Source: an uncultured Actinomycetota bacterium (GTDB lineage: Bacteria > Actinomycetota > Actinomycetes > Actinomycetales > Dermatophilaceae). Taken from it: a DNA stretch of 64,000 nt. The DNA lies in NCBI GenBank assembly GCA_963800435.1, contig CAWDBE010000008.1, positions 397,839-461,838 on the forward strand, written 5' to 3'. Under the pieces are notes generated by a model, which worked only from the letters and a program-made list of their open reading frames with translations, was not told the origin of the DNA and made no database searches. Each line of letters opens with the position of its first letter. Position 1 is the stretch's first letter. The position numbers and the translations under genes were made by a program. Of this stretch, positions 54,049-63,256 are shown piece by piece.

Positions 54049-54690
54049 GTGAGGAGATCGACGGTGAGGTATCTGTTCGCGCACGACAGTCTGGAGGGCC
54101 GTACCGCAGAGGGTGGGCCGCTGCTGGCACCGGTGGTCAACGAGCACCAGGTGCGTGCGGCAGCCGGCATCACGATGGTGCTGGGGGCCGTGGCCTTCTC
54201 CTACGCATACTTCGAGCATCGTTACCTGGGTCTGCAGGTCGTATCCACCTTCTTCTTCGCTGAGTTCCTCGTGCGGGTGACCGCCGGGATCGCTCGTAGC
54301 CCGGTCGGTCTGCTGGCCGGCCGGATGACCCGGAGGCAACCTCCGGACTGGGTGTCGGCCAAGCCCAAGCGGTTCGCCTGGACGCTCGGTGTGACCATGT
54401 CCGGGGCGATGATGGTCATCACCAATGTCGGCATCCGGGGCTGGCTGCCCCGGTCGATCTGCCTGGTGTGCCTCACCCTGATGTGGCTCGAGTCGGCACT
54501 CGGTCTCTGCCTGGGCTGCGAGATTCATGGAAAGTTGGTGCGGCGCGGCTGGGTGCAGAAAGATGAGGCGTTCGAGATCTGCGCGCATGGCGCATGTGAC
54601 GTTGGGTCGCGGGCCGGGTCGACCGGGTTGCGCGACGGCACGTTAAGAGAGGCGAGGCAGAACGCTTCACCTAGCGTAGCGCGTCGGTAA
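54049..54690 (+). CDS. DUF4395-like membrane protein
   Basis: Four hydrophobic segments and the C-terminal LGLCLGCEIH. It is divergent from the CGNR gene. The family name is from memory. Confidence 0.55.
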   Translation: MRRSTVRYLFAHDSLEGRTAEGGPLLAPVVNEHQVRAAAGITMVLGAVAFSYAYFEHRYLGLQVVSTFFFAEFLVRVTAGIARSPVGLLAGRMTRRQPPDWVSAKPKRFAWTLGVTMSGAMMVITNVGIRGWLPRSICLVCLTLMWLESALGLCLGCEIHGKLVRRGWVQKDEAFEICAHGACDVGSRAGSTGLRDGTLREARQNASPSVARR

Positions 54691-54697
54691 TTGATTT

Positions 54698-55833
54698 ACA
54701 GTGGATGGTCCGTGAGAATGGGGCATGGACAGTGCGGCGTTGGTGATCAGTGTTGAGGACCGGGCGACGTTGGACTCCTGGGCGCGGTCGCGGGCGATCC
54801 GGGCCAGTCATGTCGAGCGGGCGCGGATCGTGCTGGCGGTCGCGGACGGGAAGGGGACCTCGGGCACGGCCCGCGAGGTCGGGGTGTCGCGTCCGACGGT
54901 GATCAAGTGGCGCGACCGGTTCGCGCAGCTGGGGCTGGCGGGGTTGGAGCACGAACCGCGCCCGGGGCGGCCCAAGACCGTTGATGACTCGGCGATCATC
55001 GCCGCGACGTTGGACTCGCTGGCGGTCACGCACTGGTCGAGCCGGCTGCCGGCCAGGCATCTCGGTGTCGGGGACGCCACGGTGGCGCGGGCGTGGCGCA
55101 GGTACCGGGTGCAGCCGTGGCGACGTGAGACGTTCAAGTTCTCCACCGACCCGCAGCTCGAAGGCCAAGGTCCGTGACGTGGTCGGGTTGTATCTGAACC
55201 CGCCGACCAACGCGATCGTGCTGTGCGTGGATCGGGTCCCTCCCGCTTGCGGGGGCGAAGTCCCAGATCCTGGCGCTGAACCGGACCGCGCCGATCCTGC
55301 CGCTGCGTCAGGGTCTGCCGGAGAGGGCCACCCACGACTACCAGCGCAACGGGACCACGACCCTGTTCGCCGCCCTGGAGGTCGCGACCGGGAAGGTGGC
55401 CGACCAGTGTTACGACCGGCACGGCAAGGCCGAGTTCGGCGACTTCCTGGAGAAGGTCGCCAAGGCCTACCCGCGCCGCCGGCTGCACGTGGTGGTGGAC
55501 AACTACCACTCCCACAAGCACGCCGAGATCACCGCCTGGCTGGCCAAGAACCCCCGGGTGACACTGCACTTCACCCCGACCTCAGGGTCCTGGCTCAACC
55601 TCGTCGAGGTGTTCTTCGGGATCATCACCCGACAGGCCATCCGCCGCGGGTCCTTCGACAACGTCCCCCGGCTCGTCGCCGCCATCCGCGCCTTCATCGA
55701 GGGCTGGAACGACCGCTGCCACCCCTTCACCTGGACCAAGACCGCCGACGAGATCCTGCCCCACGCCACCCGTCAACGAAACTCAGACGCGCGACGCTAG
55801 CTGGGGTCCTGTGACCCGAACGACAACGAGTTA
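54698..55833 (+). mobile_element. degenerate IS630-family element (IS copy 1); right boundary uncertain, may continue after the nested IS to about 56985
   Basis: The left end has TA followed by CAGTGGATGGTCC (Tc1/IS630-like terminus). It carries the broken transposase below. Confidence 0.55.
54725..55800 (+). pseudogene. IS630-family transposase, inactivated (two +1 frame disruptions)
   Basis: Three frame pieces: the HTH part up to FSTDPQL, then KVRDVVGLYLNPPTNAIVLCVD, then SQILALNRTAP...VVDNYHSHK...TPTSGSWLNLVEVFFG. Compared with the intact relative at 63257-64000, there is one extra base near 55165. There is also a 24-nt palindromic insert (55233-55256) combined with a 2-nt loss. Confidence 0.8.
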
Positions 55834-56947
55834 CTAAGACACGCGTAAGTATGTCGAATGATTCTGGCTGCAGTTCTGGGAGACTGGGCCATGCGCGAGG
55901 ACGACGGCCGCAAGCTGGACCACCAAACACTGGAGACGCTGCGGCTGCGCGCGGTCGAGCGAGTGGCGCAGGGCGCGGACCCACGGGAGGTGTCGCGCGC
56001 GCTCGGACTGCACAAGCACACCGTCTACGGGTGGGTCGCCACCGCGCGCAACGGAGGCCGGGTAGCCTTGCGGGCCAGGCCGATTCCGGGTCGGCCGGCG
56101 AAGCTGGACGAAGCTCAGACGCGGCGGCTGTACGAGGCAGTGGTCGGCAAGGACCCGCGGCAGCTGCAGTTCGACTTCGCATTGTGGACCCGGGACCTTG
56201 TGGGCGAGTTCATCCGCCGCGAGTTCAAGGTCGAGCTGTCCGCCTCAGCGGTCGGGCGTCTGCTGCACCGGATCGGGCTCTCGCCGCAGCGGCCGCTGTG
56301 GCGGGCCTGGCAGGCCGACCCGGAGAAGGTGGCGGCGTGGAAGGAGACCGAGTATCCGGCGATTGCCAAGGCCGCCAAGAAGACTGGCGGGACGGTCTAC
56401 TTCGCCGACGAGGCCGGGATTCGTTCGGACCACCACGCCGGGACCACCTGGGGCGCGATCGGCAAGACCCCGATGGTGAAGACGACCGGCGCCCGATTCT
56501 CGCTGAACATGATCTCCGCCGTGACGGCCAAGGGCCTGCTGCGCTTCTCCACCTTCAACGGGTCGATGACCGGCGAGAAGTTCATCGAGTTCTGCAGGCG
56601 GCTGATGGCCGACACCGACGGGCCGGTATTCCTGGTCGTCGACGGCCACCCGGTGCACCGCTCCAAGCTGGTAAAGGCCTTTGCCGCCAACAGCGGCGGC
56701 CAGCTGCGCCTGTACCAGCTGCCCGGCTACTCCCCCCAGCTAAATCCCGACGAATGGGTCTGGAAGAACGTCAAGAACGACCGCGTCGGACGTTCCGGGA
56801 TCACCGGCCCCGACCAGTTCAAGGCTCTCGCGGTCGCCGCGCTGCGCCGCCTTCAGGCCCTGCCGCACATTGTGCGCGGCTTCTTCGGCGACCCCGATCT
56901 GGCCTACATCACGACAGTCTGATTCGAGCTACTAACGCCCGGCTTGG
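55834..56947 (+). mobile_element. intact IS630-family insertion sequence (IS copy 2), 1114 bp, TA target duplication
   Basis: Imperfect terminal inverted repeats CTAAGACACGCGTAAGTATGTCGAATGATTCTG and (reverse complement of the right end) CCAAGCCGGGCGTTAGTAGCTCGAATCAGACTG. It is flanked by TA at 55832-55833 and at 56948-56949. Confidence 0.75.
55858..56922 (+). CDS. IS630-family DDE transposase
   Basis: HTH N-terminus and the DDE region YFADEAG...VVDGHPVHRS...LPGYSPQLNPDEWVW. ATG 55891 is an alternative start. Confidence 0.85.
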   Translation: MILAAVLGDWAMREDDGRKLDHQTLETLRLRAVERVAQGADPREVSRALGLHKHTVYGWVATARNGGRVALRARPIPGRPAKLDEAQTRRLYEAVVGKDPRQLQFDFALWTRDLVGEFIRREFKVELSASAVGRLLHRIGLSPQRPLWRAWQADPEKVAAWKETEYPAIAKAAKKTGGTVYFADEAGIRSDHHAGTTWGAIGKTPMVKTTGARFSLNMISAVTAKGLLRFSTFNGSMTGEKFIEFCRRLMADTDGPVFLVVDGHPVHRSKLVKAFAANSGGQLRLYQLPGYSPQLNPDEWVWKNVKNDRVGRSGITGPDQFKALAVAALRRLQALPHIVRGFFGDPDLAYITTV

Positions 56948-57028
56948 TAATTCCTCGAACTGGTGTGGAGGTCCATTGTCCTCAACACCAGCCCCGACTC
57001 GCAATGCACTCATCTGCCGCGAGCTGCG

Positions 57029-57307
57029 CTACCCGCGGGACGACCAAACGCCTTCGAACGGCTCCGCGCGAGATGGCCCAGGGTGCCCAGTCCTCGAGTT
57101 GATCCACCGCGCCTGGCCTAACCCCCCGAACTCGTCGGTCTCGTGGTCCGGTCCATAACGCAACCTCGGACCAAGGTCGTACACCTCAATCTGTCGAGTT
57201 GGCCATCCGTCATCTCCGGTCTCGAAGTAGTAAGTCGCCGGGCCCCAAGAGTCGAAGGAGTCGCCGCGTGGCTCGTCCCAGCGCCGCTTGAACCATCGAC
57301 TCTGCAT
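57029..57307 (-). CDS. small hypothetical protein (widespread actinobacterial family, function unknown)
   Basis: MQSRWFKRRWDEP...YYFETGDDGWPTRQIEVYDLG...FEGVW. The start is taken at Met40 of the track ORF to avoid overlap with vapC. Confidence 0.45.
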   Translation of the reverse strand: MQSRWFKRRWDEPRGDSFDSWGPATYYFETGDDGWPTRQIEVYDLGPRLRYGPDHETDEFGGLGQARWINSRTGHPGPSRAEPFEGVWSSRG

Positions 57308-57368
57308 GCGAGCAGCCTGCCAGTCGGCACGTCCGACCATGCCGCGATTCGCGCGTGTTGGTGGCTTG

Positions 57369-57755
57369 TCAGCTGTCTGCGATCTCAAGGCCAACGGCCC
57401 GGGCGGCCTTGACGACGCGTTCATCGAAGGACGCTAGTCGTGCCTGCCGGTCGCGGGCGCTGAGCAGCACGCAGCAGTCGGGCATCTTCAGCAGGGTCTC
57501 GGCGCGAAGCTGCGCCAGGGTCACGGCCGAGCCTGCCGGGAACTGCAGCGTCTCGACACCGAGGTCGTCGAGGATGCCCAGGACCGTGTCGCGTTGTCCG
57601 GTGCGGGTGGGTGCGACCAGGATCTCGGCCAGCGTCAGGAGGTTGACCGCGAAGTCGTCGTCGATCTGGCTGGTCAGCAGGGCCGTGGCCCGTGCGTGGT
57701 GGGCGTCGCCGGCGTCGAGGTAGCCGATCAGCACGCTGGCGTCCAGGACGATCAC
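57369..57755 (-). CDS. vapC: PIN-domain toxin VapC
   Basis: MIVLDASVLI with an acidic quartet pattern, 128 aa. It has a 4-nt overlap with the upstream antitoxin. Confidence 0.85.
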   Translation of the reverse strand: MIVLDASVLIGYLDAGDAHHARATALLTSQIDDDFAVNLLTLAEILVAPTRTGQRDTVLGILDDLGVETLQFPAGSAVTLAQLRAETLLKMPDCCVLLSARDRQARLASFDERVVKAARAVGLEIADS

Positions 57756-58015
57756 TCAGGCCACTCCTCCCGCAGCGCCTCGAGGTGGCCTGGCGGGTAG
57801 ACCCCGGTCAGGGCGCCGCTGTGCCGCCGGAGAGCTTGGAGTCGGGCGCTGCGGTGCTGACGCTGCCCGACGACGGCGGCTCGGTGTCCCTCCAGCGCCA
57901 GCCGAGTGATCAGCTGGCCGCGACTGAGTCCGGGCCAACGCGCCGCGGCGTCGTCCAGTGCGGCAGCCAGCTCGTCGGTCTCGGTGACCTGGTGGCGCGG
58001 TCGCGTGGTAGGCAC
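57752..58015 (-). CDS. vapB: VapB-type antitoxin (putative)
   Basis: An 87-aa ORF translationally coupled to vapC. The call rests mainly on position and size. Confidence 0.6.
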   Translation of the reverse strand: MPTTRPRHQVTETDELAAALDDAAARWPGLSRGQLITRLALEGHRAAVVGQRQHRSARLQALRRHSGALTGVYPPGHLEALREEWPE

Positions 58016-58143
58016 CCCCGAAGTGTATCACCTAGACACAGGGGTGGTACACCTACGTCGGTGCGCCGCCCCGCTTCCCGGCCTTCCCGCACATACGGAC
58101 CGGTACGTGTGCCGCGGACAGGGCGGTCGCTACGCGGTATGAC

Positions 58144-58181
58144 GCGGGTGCGAACCGCCCGACTCTGCTTGATGAGCGGAC
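58144..58181 (+). repeat. direct repeat copy B
   Basis: GCGGGTGCGAACCGCCCGACTCTGCTTG is identical to 52439-52466. Confidence 0.85.
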
Positions 58182-58366
58182 TTTGTGAAGGCCGGCTCGG
58201 GTCGCGTCTCTCCGCCCACTCAGCCCTTCCGCTGCCGCGGACGGCGTGGACCTCGAATCGCGACGGACCCACAACCTACGGAGTGGACGCGGGCACGCGC
58301 CAACCCAAGCGCGGCTCCGGTGGGGTGACGGTGACCTCGCGAACGTATCGCAGGCGCAGCCGGCGC

Positions 58367-59227
58367 TCACGGCGCCTGCCCAGGCGCGGGCTCCTCGCCG
58401 ACGACCTCGGGCAGGATGAGGTAGCCGCCGTCGGTGCGGGTTAGGCGTAGGAGCGTGCCCGGAGGCAGCTCCTCGCGCAGGTGGACGGGGAGGGGGACGA
58501 ACCCGTCGGCCGTGACGACGGCGTACTCCTGGCCGCTGCGGCCCTCACCCCCGATCCGGCCGTCGCGGATCGTCACCGTGCGCGGCAGCCGCTCGGCGAC
58601 CTCCGGGTCGTGGGTGACGACGACCACGGTCGTGCCCTGCTGGTCGTTGACCTGCAGGAGCGCGTCGATGATCCGCTCCCGCGCGACCCGGTCGAGGGCG
58701 CTCGTCGGCTCGTCGGCGAGCAGGACCCCGGGAGCGGGGGCCATGGCGACGGCGAGCGCGGCCATCTGCAGCTGCCCCTGGGACAGGCGCTGGGGCCGCC
58801 CGTCGGCGAAGTCGGCCGCGCCGACGAGGTCGAGGACGCGGTCGACACCGGGCACCTCCGCCCCCAGGCGGGCCGCCTCGGCCCGGGCGAAGGCGACGTT
58901 CTCGCGGACCGTGAGGTAGGGGACGAGGTTGCGCCGCGCCCCCTGGAGCATGAGCGAGGTCTCCCGGGCCTGGAACGCGTCGAGCTGCTCCGGCGTGAGC
59001 GAGGACAGCTCGTGGTCGCCGACGAAGATCTTGCCGGCGCTCGGCCGGAAGAGCCCGGCAAGGAGCGCGAGCAGGGTCGACTTGCCGGAGCCGGACGGCC
59101 CGAGCAGCCCGACGACCTCCCCGGCCCCGACGCTGAGGTCGACCCCCGAGAGGGCAGCCACATCATGGCCCTCGGTCCGGTAGAGGTGGACCAGGGCGAC
59201 GGTCGTGATGGCCGAGGCGCGCGTCAT
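58367..59227 (-). CDS. ABC transporter ATP-binding protein (MacB/LolD-like)
   Basis: Walker A GPSGSGKST, signature LSQGQLQ and Walker B LLADEPT. ATG 59227 overlaps the permease stop (ATGA). Confidence 0.9.
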   Translation of the reverse strand: MTRASAITTVALVHLYRTEGHDVAALSGVDLSVGAGEVVGLLGPSGSGKSTLLALLAGLFRPSAGKIFVGDHELSSLTPEQLDAFQARETSLMLQGARRNLVPYLTVRENVAFARAEAARLGAEVPGVDRVLDLVGAADFADGRPQRLSQGQLQMAALAVAMAPAPGVLLADEPTSALDRVARERIIDALLQVNDQQGTTVVVVTHDPEVAERLPRTVTIRDGRIGGEGRSGQEYAVVTADGFVPLPVHLREELPPGTLLRLTRTDGGYLILPEVVGEEPAPGQAP

Positions 59228-62200
59228 CCGGACACCCGCAGACTGTCGAGGTCGGCCCGCCGGGCGGCCCGGTGGCTGGTGACGGCCCCGACGGCTCCGA
59301 GGGTGGCGAGGCCGACGCCCGCGGCGAGGAGCGCCGGCCCCCACGCGGTGGCCAGGTCGACCGGGAAGGTCGGGGGAGGGGAGGTGAAGAGCGGCACCAG
59401 GCCGACGGCGGCAGGAGCCGCCCACAGCCCCACCGCCGCGCCGAGCACCGCGGAGGTGACGATGACCGGGGCCGTCTCGAGCTGGGCGAGCAGAGCGGTA
59501 CCGCGTGGTCGCTGACCGACCAGCCGCAGGGCGGCGTAGTCGCGGCCGCGGGCCCGCCCCGACGTCGAGGCCAGCACGACGATCCCGACGGCGGCGACGA
59601 GCAGCGCGAGCACGCCCACGGCGAGGGCCAGCTGGAGACTCCAGGCCGCGGCGCTGCGACCGTACGCCGCGCCGACCGCCGCCGACTCCCTCGTCGCGAC
59701 CACGGGGATGCCGCGCTCGCCGAGAGCGGACCTGAGCCGGGCGAGGAACGCGGGGTCGTGGGTGTCGACGTACGCCTCAAGGACGGCGGAGCCGTGGCCC
59801 CGCCAGCCTTGGGCGAGCAGGTTGTCGAGGTTGACCAGGCTCGCCGACGGCGGTCCTCCGGGGACGAACGCCACCTGCCCCAGAGAGCTCAGCAGGAGGA
59901 TGCTGCCGTCGACGTAGCTGCCGGCGAACGTCGCCCCGGAGCTGCTCGGGGACGCGGCCTGCGTGGTGAGGGCGGGCACGACGTCCGGCACGGAGGCGTG
60001 GGCGAGGAAGGAGCCGTCGAAGCCGTTGGTCGCGTAGTCGAGGCGCAGGCCGCCGTGGGGATGGCCGCCCCGCGCGGAGGCGCCGTCCGCCGTGGTGTCG
60101 CGCCACGACCCCGCCCCGCCGAGGTCGACCGCTCGGCCGTCGACGGTCACCGAGGAGAGGGTCACCGTGCCGGTGACCGAGGCCGTGGCCCGCGGCGTGA
60201 GGACCCCGATCCCCGTGACCCGGCACCCGCGCGCACAGTCGAGGGTGGCCGACTGGTCGGCCTGCACCCCGGCAGCCGGGAGGGTGCCCAGCCCGAGGGG
60301 CGCCACGGTGCCGTCGTTGTGGACGACGCGCAGGCCGAGGACGAGGGCGGTCGGGGCGGCCCGGAGGACGGGTGGGCTGGGGCGCAGCGCCGAGGCGTCC
60401 ACGTGGTAGGCGATGCGGGTCCCGGTGAGGACGAGCGGCGGCACGGTGGGCGCGGTGAGCCCGCCCCACGGCAGGTCGGAGGTCCGCACCCCCGGCCACA
60501 GGGCGATCCGGCGGAAGGCCGCGGGGACGACGCCCACGGTCGTCGTGCCGGCGGTCACCGTCGGCGCGAGGACGGCGACGGGGGTGACGTGCGCACCCGT
60601 CGGGTCGATGGCGCGCAGGGCGGTCGTCACGGCGGGGAGGTCGACCGAGCCCAGCGTGAGCACGCCGGCGGCCCCCACCTCGGCGTCGGCCCGGCCGGTC
60701 CAGTTGCGCGCGCCGACCGCCAGCGCATCGACCGAGACGACCGCGATGCTGAGCGCGACGGTGACCACGGGGACGAGCCACCGGGTCGTCGTACGACGGC
60801 TCGAGGTGAGCAGCGCGGCGCCCAGGGTCGCCCGTCCGCGGCGCAGCAGCGTCCGCCCGCCGACGGCGAGCGCCGACGACATGACCCGGGCCCCGACGAC
60901 GCCGACGGCGAGGGCCAGCAGGGTCGGGGTGACCTGGCCGACGGCCCCGCCGACCGAGCCGGTGACGAGAGCGACGAAGGCGGCCAGGGCCGCGGCCACG
61001 AGCATGGCCTCGAGCACCCCCAGCCGGATCCCGGCCCGGCGTGGGGGGACGCTGCGCAGCAGGGCCGCGACCGGCTCCCGGCTGACCCGCCGGACCGAGA
61101 GGGCGGCGAGGCCCGCCATGACGGCCAGGGCGGCGCCGAGGGCGACGACCGCGCCGAGAGGGAGCTCGAAGGGGGGGTCTGACGTGAGCACGGTGTGCCG
61201 TGCGAGCGTGCAGCAGGCGACGGCGAGGAGCGCGCCGAGGGGGGCGCCGAGCACGACCGGGGGGAGCGTCTCGGCGAGGAGCAGTCGGCGCGCCCCGCGG
61301 GCGCCCCGACCGCGCAGCCGCGCCACGGCGACCTCGCCGCGGCGCTGGTCCGCCGCCGCCACGAGGACGAGCCAGAGGACGCACCCGATCAGGAGCGAGA
61401 TCTGGGCCATGAGCAGGGGCACGGTGACCGAGGCCTGGGCGCTGCCGACCCGGACCTCGTCGGCGATGGCGGGCAGCCCGCTGCGCACGGTCACCGTCTG
61501 GGCCTGCTGGGTCGCGCTCCGTGCCACGCCCATCGGGTAGCGGACCATGTCGCGCACGCTCGCCCCGAGGGGCCCGAGCTCGTCGACGCCCACGCGGGCG
61601 GCGACGAGTGGCAGGTCGACGGCGTACTGCGGTTGGAACCATGACGTCGCCCGGCCATCCGGCCCGGTCACCTCACCGGCCAGCGTGGCGAGCGGCGTGA
61701 GCATGGCGTCGTACCCCACCCGCGTCGCGGCCGCTCCGGTGAGGGGGTCGCCGAAGAAGGACGGCCCCGGCTCGTAGACGCCGACGACGCGCAAGGTGGT
61801 CCGGGGGGAGGCCTCCGGTCGGCTGACGGCCCCGTCGAACTCGCCGGCCTCGAGGGTCGCCCCCACGGGCATCGCGTAGACCCGCGCCTGGTCGGCGGAC
61901 ACGGCGATCTCCTGCGCTGCCGTGGGGCAGCGGCCGCTCGTGAAGCGGACCTCCTGGCACAGGCCGTCGCGGGCCAGGAGGCGTCCCCCCGGCTGGCTGA
62001 GGAGCGGCATCCGGCGCACCGCGACGGAGGTGCTGGTGACCGGGTCGCCGTAGAAGGGGCGGGCGGACGCCGGCACCAGCTGGGTGAGGGCGTCCGGCGG
62101 GAGGGCGAGCGCCGGTGTCGCGGAGCTCGTGGACACCAGGCTCAGTCCGCTCTCCTGCGGCGCGGCGTCGTGGAGCAGGGTCCGCGTGGTGGCCTGCTCC

Positions 62201-62307
62201 AGCGCTCGCGTGTAGAGCGGCGCGAGGACGAGGCAGGTCGAGACGAGGGCCGAGAGCACGACGACGACGAGGCCGTGGGCCAGTCGGTACCGCAGCGCTG
62301 CCAGCAT
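59224..62307 (-). CDS. large FtsX-like ABC permease (1027 aa, two FtsX modules with long extracytoplasmic domains)
   Basis: Hydrophobic clusters at the N-terminus, the middle (around aa 300-480) and the C-terminus. It is translationally coupled to the ATPase. Confidence 0.78.
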   Translation of the reverse strand: MLAALRYRLAHGLVVVVLSALVSTCLVLAPLYTRALEQATTRTLLHDAAPQESGLSLVSTSSATPALALPPDALTQLVPASARPFYGDPVTSTSVAVRRMPLLSQPGGRLLARDGLCQEVRFTSGRCPTAAQEIAVSADQARVYAMPVGATLEAGEFDGAVSRPEASPRTTLRVVGVYEPGPSFFGDPLTGAAATRVGYDAMLTPLATLAGEVTGPDGRATSWFQPQYAVDLPLVAARVGVDELGPLGASVRDMVRYPMGVARSATQQAQTVTVRSGLPAIADEVRVGSAQASVTVPLLMAQISLLIGCVLWLVLVAAADQRRGEVAVARLRGRGARGARRLLLAETLPPVVLGAPLGALLAVACCTLARHTVLTSDPPFELPLGAVVALGAALAVMAGLAALSVRRVSREPVAALLRSVPPRRAGIRLGVLEAMLVAAALAAFVALVTGSVGGAVGQVTPTLLALAVGVVGARVMSSALAVGGRTLLRRGRATLGAALLTSSRRTTTRWLVPVVTVALSIAVVSVDALAVGARNWTGRADAEVGAAGVLTLGSVDLPAVTTALRAIDPTGAHVTPVAVLAPTVTAGTTTVGVVPAAFRRIALWPGVRTSDLPWGGLTAPTVPPLVLTGTRIAYHVDASALRPSPPVLRAAPTALVLGLRVVHNDGTVAPLGLGTLPAAGVQADQSATLDCARGCRVTGIGVLTPRATASVTGTVTLSSVTVDGRAVDLGGAGSWRDTTADGASARGGHPHGGLRLDYATNGFDGSFLAHASVPDVVPALTTQAASPSSSGATFAGSYVDGSILLLSSLGQVAFVPGGPPSASLVNLDNLLAQGWRGHGSAVLEAYVDTHDPAFLARLRSALGERGIPVVATRESAAVGAAYGRSAAAWSLQLALAVGVLALLVAAVGIVVLASTSGRARGRDYAALRLVGQRPRGTALLAQLETAPVIVTSAVLGAAVGLWAAPAAVGLVPLFTSPPPTFPVDLATAWGPALLAAGVGLATLGAVGAVTSHRAARRADLDSLRVSG

Positions 62308-62402
62308 GAGTCCTCCTGGTCGACGCGTACCGTGCGGCGACCTTCTGTCGTACCGTACCTGCTTGACGACCCGCCCTCGGTGGGGCTGGAAGGAGGCAGC
62401 CG

Positions 62403-63107
62403 GTGCCGACCGACGACGTGGCTGCGGGTCTCCCGCGACCGGCCGATGCCCCCCGCCGTCCCCTCCCGCTCGCGGCGACCGGCATCACCGTGGACACCGC
62501 CGAGCGCCGGGTCCTCGACGACGTGAGCCTCACCCTGGAGCCCGGGTCGTTCACCGCCCTGACCGGGGCCTCCGGAGCGGGCAAGTCGACGCTGCTGTGG
62601 GTGCTCGCCGGCGCCCTGCGGCCCAGGAGCGGCACAGTGGCGTACGCCGGGAGCCTGGTGACCGACCACGACGCGGCGACCGGCGCGGGGGTCCAGCTCG
62701 TGCCGCAGAGCATCGCCCTGGTGACCCCGCTGACAGCCCGGGAGAACCTGGTGGTCCCCCTCCTGGTGCAGGGCGTCCCCCCGCGCGAGGCGCACGAGCG
62801 GGCCGAGGAGGTGCTGGAGCGGGTCCGGCTCTCCGACTCCGGCGACCACCTCGTCGAGGAGCTGTCGGGCGGTCAGCAGCAGCGGGTCGCTGTAGCACGC
62901 GGCCTGGCTCTGCGGGCCAGCGTGCTGCTGGCCGACGAGCCGACGAGCGAGCTCGACGCCGCGACCCGGGACGTCGTGATCGCGCTGCTGGCCGCGGAGG
63001 CCGCAGCCGGCGCGGCCGTCCTCGTGGCGACGCACGACCCAGCCTGCGCGGACCAGGCCGACGCGGAGTACCACCTCGACGTGGGCCGACTCCGCCGCGT
63101 CCGCTGA
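62403..63107 (+). CDS. second ABC transporter ATP-binding protein, divergent from the FtsX permease operon
   Basis: Walker A GASGAGKST, signature LSGGQQQR and Walker B LLADEPT. GTG start. Confidence 0.85.
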   Translation: MPTDDVAAGLPRPADAPRRPLPLAATGITVDTAERRVLDDVSLTLEPGSFTALTGASGAGKSTLLWVLAGALRPRSGTVAYAGSLVTDHDAATGAGVQLVPQSIALVTPLTARENLVVPLLVQGVPPREAHERAEEVLERVRLSDSGDHLVEELSGGQQQRVAVARGLALRASVLLADEPTSELDAATRDVVIALLAAEAAAGAAVLVATHDPACADQADAEYHLDVGRLRRVR

Positions 63108-63256
63108 CCCCACCCCCGACGACCGCTTGTTGCTCCCAAGTGACGCCGATCCACTCCTATCCTCGATTGGGACCGTAATCGTCTACTACCTGGTAATTCG
63201 CGACTCGGCCCTAACAGCCGCCGACGATCGCTCCATGCTCGTGGGGTTTGAGCAAC

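Noticed and set aside
57029-57424. Full 131-aa version of the small ORF downstream of vapC.
   Set aside because: The first 39 codons overlap the vapC 3' end and are Pro/Arg-rich. The family-like sequence begins at Met40, so the short form is reported instead.
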